This document shows, piece after piece, positions 10,241-19,584 of a DNA stretch of 64,000 nucleotides. Both the position numbers and the translations under genes were made by a program. Where the stretch lies: assembly GCA_023334545.1 (NCBI GenBank), contig JAADVB010000039.1, positions 1-64,000 on the forward strand, given 5' to 3'. Within the stretch, counting starts at the first letter, position 1; every line of letters begins with the position of its first letter. Under the pieces are notes generated by a model. That model had not been told where the DNA came from. It worked only from the letters and a program-made list of their open reading frames with translations, and searched no databases. The stretch comes from Salisapilia sapeloensis CBS 127946 (taxonomy: Eukaryota > Protista > Oomycota).

Positions 10241-12053
10241 TTACGATGACTGTGGAGGTCTGGTATTTTGTATCGACGCCGGGACTGGTGAGGAGCACTC
10301 GTGACGATGTTCGAACAGCCACTTGACAACATGCAAGTAATTAAACTTCCTCGCAAGCCCTATAGCCCCCGCTGTGCAACCTTCCGTACGGTTGTAATGG
10401 AGGAATTTGACGATATCCAAGTATCCGTGCATCGCTGCCAAGGTCATAGCCCTAGAAGTGCAGTCTTCGGATCGATTGTGGTGTAGCCATTCAACAACGG
10501 CAAAGTGTCCATTAGCTGCTTCGTCCATTGCTTGGGTGGTGCATCCTTCCGGCCAATGTGCATGCAAGTATGGAACTACATTGAGTTCACCATTCCTACC
10601 TGCCCAATCCATTGCCTGGGTAGTGCACTCTTTCGCCCGATTTTCATGCAAAAACTGAACCACGGGTAGATGACGTTCTGATGATGCACAATCCTTAGCG
10701 TAGTCGGTACATCCCTCTCACTATTTTCATACATGTACTTCAGAATGTTGAGAATCCATCGTAGGCCGCAATATTCGTAGCTTCGGTAGTGAATGCAGTC
10801 GTTGATTAAGCAGCAAGTAGTTTAACTATGTCCAGATCGCCAGTACTGACGGACTTCTCAACTGCTTGTGTTGTCACGAGGAGATCGAAGTTATCTAAAA
10901 AGTACTGAAGCGTAGTCAAAGTTCCTCTCTCGATTTCGTCTAGCAAAGGGCCTTCTGTCGTCTGCACATTGAGCTCATTAAGCGCCCAGTGTATTATATC
11001 GACTTGATGGTCGAATACAGCGTTGTATAAAACGTTCGTATCAAAATGTTGCTGATAGACGACTTCCGAGTGACATTCCAAAATCCATTTTAAAATGTCC
11101 AAAGGACCACCTGAGGCTCTGCCATAAGCGATTGTGCATTTTGATAGTCGGATCGGCTCTCCCGGCTCCCACACCAGTCAATATATTCCAATTTCCTTGA
11201 CTCGCCGCAATGAAGTAGTCTGTACTGCAACCTGAAAAGTGACCTTCTGTGTGTACAGCCATTGCAATATAAGCAAGTGGCCTTTTCTTGCCGCACAATT
11301 CGCCATTTCAGGATAATTTTTTCCACGGGGCTCATGTACCGTTTGGAGTTGTCCAGTGCGGTAGGTATGCCCAGGCGGTCACGTTGAGCGGTGAGCTGTA
11401 AACTACGGCCAGAGTAGCGCCATTTCGTATGTTTCAGAATCCATTCAATGACATGAAGATGGACACCATCTACCGCACCGTGGAATGCTTGATCTCTTTT
11501 CCCTTCAGGCGGTTCCCAATGAGCCAATTCATCACTTCTATATGACCTCCATAGCCAGAAAATTCGAAAGCGCGGTTTATGATACCTCTTCCAATGCCTT
11601 CTCGCGCCATCCAGCGTAACAGATCGATATTTCCACCCATGGCAGCTGAGTCAAAAACATCGTAGGAGAAGGCATCCGGACGTTGCCTGAAGTAATATCG
11701 CACGCATGCCAAATGCCCCTACGAGCAGCCTCTAGTCATGCATCCTTTGGGACAAATTGATCCGGCAACAACTGACGCACCCATACTACCAACTCCAGAT
11801 TACCACTAAAGCTCACTGTCTTCGGAGCTTTGCACCAGTCTAGAAATCGAATAGATGTTGCGTGTATGGATCTCCAGCGTCTCATCAGAGCTAATGATCC
11901 AACCGCTATAGCCGACAAAAACGATTTGGTCCGTGTAGAGTCGATAAAGTCTGATATGCACGCTGCGATGTCGTTCGTGCCGTGCCCTTGCAGAGCAGTT
12001 TGATTCTGAAGCACTGCTTTGGCCGTTGTCAGTGGCGAAAGATGAAATATCAT
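10241..12053 (-). pseudogene. Ankyrin-repeat protein pseudogene (oomycete CTTxAMDxAAxxGHLxVV type)
   Basis: Ankyrin-like segments (CTTQAMDWAGRNGELNVV, CTSRAMTLAAMHGYLDIVKFLH, FDSAAMGGNIDLLRW) are spread over several reading frames. There is an in-frame TGA at 11736, a frameshift near 11715 (EAARR/GHLACVRY), further shifts near 11525 and 11175, and stops near 10700-10810. Confidence 0.85.
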
Positions 12054-12544
12054 GATGCTTGTATCTCAAATCCAAGCGATTTCTCTTCTGTAAAACTCCT
12101 TCATCGAGTACAATCGTCACCATCGTTGCTCGTGAAGTTACCAGTCCCGGTTGCCGGTTTTAAGAAAGAAAGTAAAGTAGTATATTATATCCTTACTTCC
12201 ATCCACTAGATCTTCTCAGCCAGCTCCATTGGCAGCTGACGTATCCGTTGGCAAAAAGCCTGGTTTAGCTCTCTGCCTTTTAAAGCTAACCACGTCATAC
12301 TTCCGAGCATCTACCCAGTAGAATCCATAAAATGAGAAAATGTAGAAACTTTATGAATATAAGTCTCATCTAAAGTTAAAGTATCCAACTCCTCAATCGA
12401 TATCTTATCCTAGTCTAGAAATCTATTTACCTGTTAAGATGCTTCCATTTGGAGTGAATTTCCTGTGTTTTTGATGCTATTGTTGCTGCGTATGTGTTCC
12501 ACACCATTTTTACATGAGATTTTGGACCACAACACCAAGTCCAC

Positions 12545-14770
12545 ATGACTACGGAAGTAGCTACAAGCCGTCCCGACGGCCAAGCCAGTCCTTTTATTGA
12601 CGCGAGTACATTGTCATCTGCAGTTCCTAGCGTAGATAACTATGTGGATATCCAAAGTGCTTGGAACGAGTGTGTAGAGCTGTATAAAAGGAGCGTCGAT
12701 GAAGATGTGGCCGTCCGATGCTTCGCAGCGATGGCAAGTCTCGCTGTCAAGCACGTTGATACATGTGCACCAATGCTGCTAGGAATGGTGCAGAACGCTC
12801 TGGACAATGATCCTCGTCGTTTCGCTCGTATTGCTGCCATGCGATCATTGATCGACCTAGCAGCTTCATCCAGCTTATCATCGACTCACATCGTAGCCAT
12901 TTACAACTGCACTCGCCCGTTCTTAGAGACCAAAGACGATAGAGCTCTTACCAGATCCTCCCTTGTTGTCATTGAACGTCTCACATACGCTCATCCTCTT
13001 CCTGAACCAGAGGAAGAAGCATTATTGGCATTTATCCAAGGTTTCCTTCGCCTCGATCGACTTCGAAAGTTTTTTGCGCGATGGTGTTTCGCCATCCTGT
13101 CCAACATCATCCAGCGCCATCTAGTACTAGATAACGTGTCCTCTGTTGGTCAAAAATGCTTGCAAGAACTCTACCATCACTTGCATCCGACATTCTACAC
13201 CGAGTCCTCCAGCCTCTGGACGGTCGCATTCGACTGTGTGGAGCAACTATGTCGACAATACCCCCAACATCTATCCTCCTTTACATGTTCCAGCATTATC
13301 GAGCTCTTAGAAGTCCACTCAGAAGCATGTCCTCTATCGATGAAAGCATCTTTATTCCAATTACTATGCCACTGCAGCTCCTACAGCCTCCAGACGCTAG
13401 CGTCAAAAGTATCGTTGTTACAACAAGAGCTCGAGCATCTTCCAAAGGACAACATGTCGAAGCGTTCGATCTACGTCATCCTTTTCCGCCTCGTCCAAAC
13501 TGACGAAAAGGCCCAAGTCACTACTTGTTTGCATCACATGGCGCAAGTATGGTCCAAAACAGAAGCGTATGACGTCGCTCATCTTGCCTTTCGATATGGC
13601 GATCTTGAGACAGCTCAACACGCCATTACCCGGGCATCGGGGCACAGCGACAATGAATGCTTTGAAGGATGGATGGCAATGCTATCTGCTTGGATCAATG
13701 CTGAAGTACAAGTTTCGACAGCAGGTAAAGTCTCGCCACAAGCGCTTCATGCTATGTCCATGGCCGAAGCAGAGTTGTCTGCGTCGATCACGACGGACTT
13801 TCGCTTCACCTTTCAGCAACAATTCCTTTCGTTACGTCATTCATTCCTATCGTACCTCATGCAAGCACAGCAACTAGCGTCAGAAGTCGCATGGACTAAC
13901 GTACAAGGAGGTGGACGCTGTTCGGCACTCGCGAATCGCTGTCAAGAACTTGCAACCAAGTTCACAACTTTACGTCAGCAGCATTTCGGTGCACCAGACG
14001 AAGATTTCGAACTGATCAGCGCTTGTGGAGCACTTGCCAAGGTGCTGTCACTAGCGATTCAAGCGTTTCTATTGCTACATCCGGTTGATACGACACGAGA
14101 TCACGAGGATGGACAAGGTGTTCCGTTAGCTAGGCTATGTATGGCATTGGAGATCGATACTAGACGTCGAATGGAAAAGTTACAATCGCTGGATGAACAC
14201 CAGCGTCCAGGAGTTGGTGGGAAAGTCATGCAGCAGTTCCTAATCGTGCTCTCTCGAGCTCCTTGTGTCGTCCCAAGTCTCTTCTTCCGGTCGAGCGTTC
14301 CGAAAGAGCGTACCATGTCAGTCGATGCACAGTTCTTGACATTCGCAGAGTGTGCCAAGTACGATCCGAATCGTAGTAAGCAATTGTCTCAACTTGGTGT
14401 TTCGTTCGGATCGGCACTTTCGTGCTTTGTCAAGGGCGAATTGAAGTGTCCAAGCGGTAGGAAGAAAGTTGCGACGACGTTGCGACAATTGAGAGTAGAT
14501 GTTAGCGTGTATAGTGAAGTGGATGCAGAGCAATCGGAGCTCGGACTTGTCTCCCGACAGAGCTTGTACGTGCCGCTCGACTGGACGCTCGCACGTCCTT
14601 TTACGAGCGACCAGCGCCTAACCTTCGAAACGCCCGTGCATGTGGGTGCACCGCAGCTCCGGGCAAAAGGCGCATTTGTGCTCAAGGCACAGATCTTTGC
14701 ACTAGACGACCAAGACTGCGCGTGGCAGTTGAATGCCCCTCGAGCACAACGTGGGTTCATTCTGTATTAA
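12545..14770 (+). CDS. INTS7: Integrator complex subunit 7-like protein
   Basis: Helical-repeat protein with blocks resembling recalled metazoan INTS7: ALDNDPRRFARIAAMRSL, YDVAHLAFRYG..SDNECFEGW, FTFQQQFLSLR, VPSLFFR, and a C-terminal beta-rich domain ending DDQDCAW. Confidence 0.72.
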   Translation: MTTEVATSRPDGQASPFIDASTLSSAVPSVDNYVDIQSAWNECVELYKRSVDEDVAVRCFAAMASLAVKHVDTCAPMLLGMVQNALDNDPRRFARIAAMRSLIDLAASSSLSSTHIVAIYNCTRPFLETKDDRALTRSSLVVIERLTYAHPLPEPEEEALLAFIQGFLRLDRLRKFFARWCFAILSNIIQRHLVLDNVSSVGQKCLQELYHHLHPTFYTESSSLWTVAFDCVEQLCRQYPQHLSSFTCSSIIELLEVHSEACPLSMKASLFQLLCHCSSYSLQTLASKVSLLQQELEHLPKDNMSKRSIYVILFRLVQTDEKAQVTTCLHHMAQVWSKTEAYDVAHLAFRYGDLETAQHAITRASGHSDNECFEGWMAMLSAWINAEVQVSTAGKVSPQALHAMSMAEAELSASITTDFRFTFQQQFLSLRHSFLSYLMQAQQLASEVAWTNVQGGGRCSALANRCQELATKFTTLRQQHFGAPDEDFELISACGALAKVLSLAIQAFLLLHPVDTTRDHEDGQGVPLARLCMALEIDTRRRMEKLQSLDEHQRPGVGGKVMQQFLIVLSRAPCVVPSLFFRSSVPKERTMSVDAQFLTFAECAKYDPNRSKQLSQLGVSFGSALSCFVKGELKCPSGRKKVATTLRQLRVDVSVYSEVDAEQSELGLVSRQSLYVPLDWTLARPFTSDQRLTFETPVHVGAPQLRAKGAFVLKAQIFALDDQDCAWQLNAPRAQRGFILY

Positions 14771-15103
14771 CCCATGCGTTCTTATCTCAAGCTGTTTTCC
14801 CTCAATACATTCTGTTCTTCCTCGCATCACATCTGTCTGTCTTCTTTCCACTCCTCCAAGCACTCGAGCAGGTACTTTACCATTGATCCTTTGAAAGTCG
14901 AAGCGTACTCGACATCAAGCAAGCGAGTGTCCATCAAGAGTGAGTTGACACTTGCCATCGCCATCTGCCGACAAGCACGTCACTGGATTACAGCCATCTA
15001 TCGGTCTGACTAGCTCGGAAGCGGTCGGACGCACATACGTTTGCACACAACGTCCTTCCCTCTACGATTTTCAATTAGTCGACGGCGTGAGCACGAGTCT
15101 AAG

Positions 15104-18100
15104 ATGGCCAAGTCGCCGTCGAAAGACCCTCGGTATGCCACTGCCGCCCCACCTCGAGCGCCACCGACGTCCTGGACGCCACTGCGCGAAGACTTCTTCT
15201 CTGTACCGCTCCTTTCGTCGAGGGAGAAAACCTATCTCGTGCGTAAAGCTTCCGAAGCTGCACAAGAAGTTGTCGAGCGAGCACGGTCCACGGGCGGTCC
15301 GGTCGCTTGGAAGCACGTGGAGAAGATCGGCAAAGTACAGATATACTCGGGCCAGCCCCGAAGCATAGCTGACAACGATGCAGACCGGACACCAAGTCTT
15401 TGCGGCGTTGCAACTACGCCTGGCACCGTGAAGGAAGTCGCGGAGCTCCTCCAGTTAGGCTCCACAAGTCGTATGCGGAGCTTTGCGAATGACCATCCGA
15501 CTCTCTTTTACGACGGTATCATCTTATATGACCTCCATCCACGTACACGAGAGCAACCGATGCATCAAGTGACTGCCAAGTGGATCGCTGTGCAAACGCC
15601 CAAGGGCATCTTAAACCGAGATTTCGTCTTCCTCGAGTGTCAAGATAGATTCGAGGACTCGCATGGACGCAAGGGATGGATATTGTCCATGCATTCCATC
15701 AAGTTACCTGGTGTCCACGACTTGCATGATGACTTGGGACTCGTACGAGGAAGTTTGTACCATTCCGGACTTCTCGTCGTCGAATCCGATCGACCTGGAT
15801 ACGTCGACGTCATTTCGATCATGCAGATGAATCTCAAACGTCGACAAGCAACGCCACACAAGTTCCTACGTAGCCTCGTCCAATTTGCTGGTGAAATCCG
15901 ATCTTCGATCCGCACTGCTCGATTGAATCGACAGCGGTACTTGAATGACCTGGAGCTCGTGCCGAAACGATATCGGAGCAAATGTGGTGTCTGCCAAGAC
16001 AGTTTCTCTTTACTTTTATTACGCAAGTACAATTGTCGTAAATGTGGTGAAGTCGTATGTGGCGTCTGTAGTAAAGAGTTCCAGATCAAGACGCCAAAGT
16101 TCGTTCAACAGATCAAACTCCGCGTCTGTATCCGCTGCTTCCAACAAGTTACACTCCAATCGTCTTCGTCACAGTCACAGACGAACCAACCGAAGCCGTC
16201 TCAACAATCTTTCAACCTTTCCTTCCTTGCCTATCACGATGATGCACAGCGTGCTTCCTCCGCGACGCAAGCGATGGAATATGACATTCCGGGTGAAGGC
16301 TATCCGAAAGTCCGACTAGAATCCGTTCAGAAACGCACGCAACGTCGAGGGTCTCAACGTCCAAAGTCATCGAATCTACCGAATCCTGCTTCGAGAGATG
16401 ACATTCGAGGAACGTACCACATGGGCTACATGCCAGAGGAATCCTATAGACACATGCCAAAGCAGTCCCAACGTCCTACGCATGCCGGAAATCGTCGTGT
16501 ACGACGTCAGCCTCCAAAGGAAGAGGAAGATGATAGGTACCACGTACACATCCCAGAACCTTCTCGCGCCACATCTCTCTTTGATCGTTCTGGTGGCTCG
16601 ATCAAGGGAAAGGCATCGAAGAAGGACAGTCGTGCCGAACCTGACATGAAGGCGAGTGTACTCGAGTATCGTGTTCCACCGCCTCGTCCAACTGACGAAG
16701 TGCAAGTGTTCGCAGACAAGTCAGATGAGTTTGCTGACTTTTATGAAGCCGCCGGGGCTGGACATGACTCGTATCGACCTGACATCCCGAACGGAGCACG
16801 AACGTATGCGATGAATGAGGTCGACATCGATTCCGTCGGATCAACACATTCGCATGATGAGCAGGATGTCCATGAAGCGACACAAGAGTATGCATCTATC
16901 GGCAAGATGTCGAAGCCTCGATCGCGTGTGTCGAGTGAAAATGTGTATGACCCACCACCTTCGTACGCCGAAAGTTTCTTGAACGCAGATACGCGACAGC
17001 GAAAAGCGTACGATAAGGACGTCCGATCATCGTTGCATCAACTTGGAAAGGATGGAGGGTCTGGTATGACGAGTGAAGAGGAGGATGAGACAAAGGAAGA
17101 GGCGTTTGCCGCTACTCCAGCACTTCATGCGCCTCCGTCGAGTTTGGACAGGACAAAGGATGTGTTTGACTATCGTCGAAGCTCCTCGTTCTCGTCCTTA
17201 TCGAGTCGCCAACGACAGATCTTGCATCCGAATGATAGCAGCAGGAAAGAGATGGATGTTGTTGGCGTGAGTACTCAAGACGACAAGAAGTATGCCTTGG
17301 ATGGAGAGGAAGGGGACTTTACAGCCGCACACGACTTGAGAATGAACGCAACGACGTCTAGCGACAAAGAAGCTGATGAAAAGGAAGGAGTGTCGGAAGG
17401 TCAGAAAGCTATTGATGCATTACAAGAGGCGACGGCGGCAAATATCGAACGAGCGCGAGAGGCGAGAGAGAGATTGACGTCCCAAGGGTCCGTCCAAAGC
17501 GTTCAAGACGAGGTCGAGAATGTATCAAACGCACCAAAGACGTTGGACTTTGCTCAGTTTCAAAAAGCTACAGAACATTTGTCTTCCAACACGAAGGAAG
17601 AACAAGCGACAGCTCAAGAGCTGAAAGGAAAAAGTAAAGCTTCTCGCGTGAGTAAATCTCCAGCTCGAATGGATTTGGATGGTGACTTCGGCTTTGATGC
17701 TGAAGGGCTTTTAAATACGAATGTTGTGGATGCTGGTGGGGTTCGAGAATCGGAGGATCTACGTCTATCAGATGATTCGATCATCAGTTCAAGTGAAGAA
17801 GGAGAGATTAATATTGACGAGTGGAGTGATATTGAGCAGCAGAGTACGTCTCTATCTACTGGAGAGATAGATGAAGAGTCTGAATCCAAGGAACTGGACT
17901 TTAATACGTTGACGCAATTGACGGACGTGATTGAACGCGACTCAGAAGTGTCAGATCTGGATGACATGGCCAGTTTCTCAAATGGTCATGTTGTTGATAC
18001 GGATCCAGCTGACAGTTGTATCGATAGTGCGTCGAGTGAAGGCAGTCAGAGTAAATCGGAGGAATCCTTGCCTAGGAAGTCGTCTGAAGGCTCACGCGTA

Positions 18101-19423
18101 GACTCAGGAGAAGTACGAATCGACCAAAGCACAGACGAGCTAGAGGAGTTGCCTACATTGGACGTTAGCCAAGGCCTCAATGGAGCAATGCAAGAGGAGA
18201 CTGATGTCAAGGTTGAAGCACTCCAAACGGATGACAGGGAGGAAAGTGAGGAAGAACAAGGACAGGAGATGGAAGCAGATCAAAGGCAATCGGAAACACC
18301 ATTAGAAGAAGAACCAAGTGAAGTCGTGAACGAAGCGGCGGATAGCATTTCTGAAATTACGAGCACGCAGCAGGAACGTAAAAGCTCGAAAGTGGAATCG
18401 GGACATGATATCGTGAGAAGCAACAGTTGTGGTTTGAAAGACGAAGAGGAAGAGGAAATCTTTATCGATGACATGGTGTCAGTTAACTCGACGGATGATA
18501 TTGATGATGATGAAATTCCGGATGATGCGATGGTAGAAGATGGTGAACTGCATTCAGCTCGATACTCAGAGTACATGCGAGAGTTCCAGCAAGTGCCAGA
18601 CCCGCACCTCGCCATTGCAAGTGAACAAGACAGATTCACGGATTCTTCCAGTTCAGATGGCGAATCGGATGTATCGGACGAGTCGAGTGAACGCCTTTCC
18701 TCGGTTAGCTCACAGCATAACGAAGAACCTTCAGAGCAACCAAAGCGTAATCCACTTTTCCCAACGAAAGGTGCTGTCGCGCAGGCTGATGGCGAGACAC
18801 TTCGACGAAATTCAGTCGCAACAGTTGAAACTGGTGTACCAATGTACTTGCCATCACGATTTAAGCAGTATGTGCAACAGCGTCAGGCACCACAATCTGC
18901 ACGACCCAAGACGAGCTTATCAGCAAGTAAATTGGCGGAGGCGAAAGTTGATCCTCCTGCCCAAGTAGTCGAAGAAGCCAAGACTCCTGTTTATTGCGAC
19001 GAAAGCGATAGCGAAAGGAGCATTGGCTCTGAAGATAATCTCAGCTCAAGTGAAAGCGAATGCATGAGCGATAGTCTTGACTTACAAAGTCATGTCGTAT
19101 CTTGCGATGCGGGTCATACTTCTCAAGGTGTTGCTAGCCCGAAGCTCGACATGCTTCCAGAGGAAAACTCGTTAACTTCCATTAGTCTGGCTGACGTAGT
19201 GGAGGAAAAAGAAGAAAGCAAGAGTCCTGGTGTGCCCGCACGCAAGTTGTATCAACAGTACAATAGCTCCAAGAGTCTAGCACGAATGGCGAGCGGTATG
19301 GAAAACGATCCGTCCGTGCAAAACACGCTCGGCCAGATCAAAGCGAATTTTAGTCGCACGAGCAGCGGGGAGAGCAGTGATGATGAGTATTTGAATACAG
19401 AGCGAGGGGCTAGTTTTACATGA
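15104..19423 (+). CDS. START-like domain + FYVE zinc finger protein with very long acidic disordered C-terminus
   Basis: START-like region (RDFVFLECQD..GRKGWILSMHSIKLP..VRGSLYHSG), 8-Cys FYVE (CGVC..RKYNCRKCGEVVCGVC..RVCIRC), then ~1000 aa rich in D/E/S. First ATG after the track start is at 15104. Confidence 0.85.
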   Translation: MAKSPSKDPRYATAAPPRAPPTSWTPLREDFFSVPLLSSREKTYLVRKASEAAQEVVERARSTGGPVAWKHVEKIGKVQIYSGQPRSIADNDADRTPSLCGVATTPGTVKEVAELLQLGSTSRMRSFANDHPTLFYDGIILYDLHPRTREQPMHQVTAKWIAVQTPKGILNRDFVFLECQDRFEDSHGRKGWILSMHSIKLPGVHDLHDDLGLVRGSLYHSGLLVVESDRPGYVDVISIMQMNLKRRQATPHKFLRSLVQFAGEIRSSIRTARLNRQRYLNDLELVPKRYRSKCGVCQDSFSLLLLRKYNCRKCGEVVCGVCSKEFQIKTPKFVQQIKLRVCIRCFQQVTLQSSSSQSQTNQPKPSQQSFNLSFLAYHDDAQRASSATQAMEYDIPGEGYPKVRLESVQKRTQRRGSQRPKSSNLPNPASRDDIRGTYHMGYMPEESYRHMPKQSQRPTHAGNRRVRRQPPKEEEDDRYHVHIPEPSRATSLFDRSGGSIKGKASKKDSRAEPDMKASVLEYRVPPPRPTDEVQVFADKSDEFADFYEAAGAGHDSYRPDIPNGARTYAMNEVDIDSVGSTHSHDEQDVHEATQEYASIGKMSKPRSRVSSENVYDPPPSYAESFLNADTRQRKAYDKDVRSSLHQLGKDGGSGMTSEEEDETKEEAFAATPALHAPPSSLDRTKDVFDYRRSSSFSSLSSRQRQILHPNDSSRKEMDVVGVSTQDDKKYALDGEEGDFTAAHDLRMNATTSSDKEADEKEGVSEGQKAIDALQEATAANIERAREARERLTSQGSVQSVQDEVENVSNAPKTLDFAQFQKATEHLSSNTKEEQATAQELKGKSKASRVSKSPARMDLDGDFGFDAEGLLNTNVVDAGGVRESEDLRLSDDSIISSSEEGEINIDEWSDIEQQSTSLSTGEIDEESESKELDFNTLTQLTDVIERDSEVSDLDDMASFSNGHVVDTDPADSCIDSASSEGSQSKSEESLPRKSSEGSRVDSGEVRIDQSTDELEELPTLDVSQGLNGAMQEETDVKVEALQTDDREESEEEQGQEMEADQRQSETPLEEEPSEVVNEAADSISEITSTQQERKSSKVESGHDIVRSNSCGLKDEEEEEIFIDDMVSVNSTDDIDDDEIPDDAMVEDGELHSARYSEYMREFQQVPDPHLAIASEQDRFTDSSSSDGESDVSDESSERLSSVSSQHNEEPSEQPKRNPLFPTKGAVAQADGETLRRNSVATVETGVPMYLPSRFKQYVQQRQAPQSARPKTSLSASKLAEAKVDPPAQVVEEAKTPVYCDESDSERSIGSEDNLSSSESECMSDSLDLQSHVVSCDAGHTSQGVASPKLDMLPEENSLTSISLADVVEEKEESKSPGVPARKLYQQYNSSKSLARMASGMENDPSVQNTLGQIKANFSRTSSGESSDDEYLNTERGASFT

Positions 19424-19584
19424 ACAGGACACGACAAGCGTTTTGATTATTATTTTCACGTTTTAGAGCTTTATCCACATGTGATCTTTTAAAGAAGAAT
19501 AGACAACAGCATGGAGCAGTAACTCAGAAACGTAAAGCGCATACTTTAGCTGTCGTACTAGTCTTAAAACGCACGCACAGCTTC

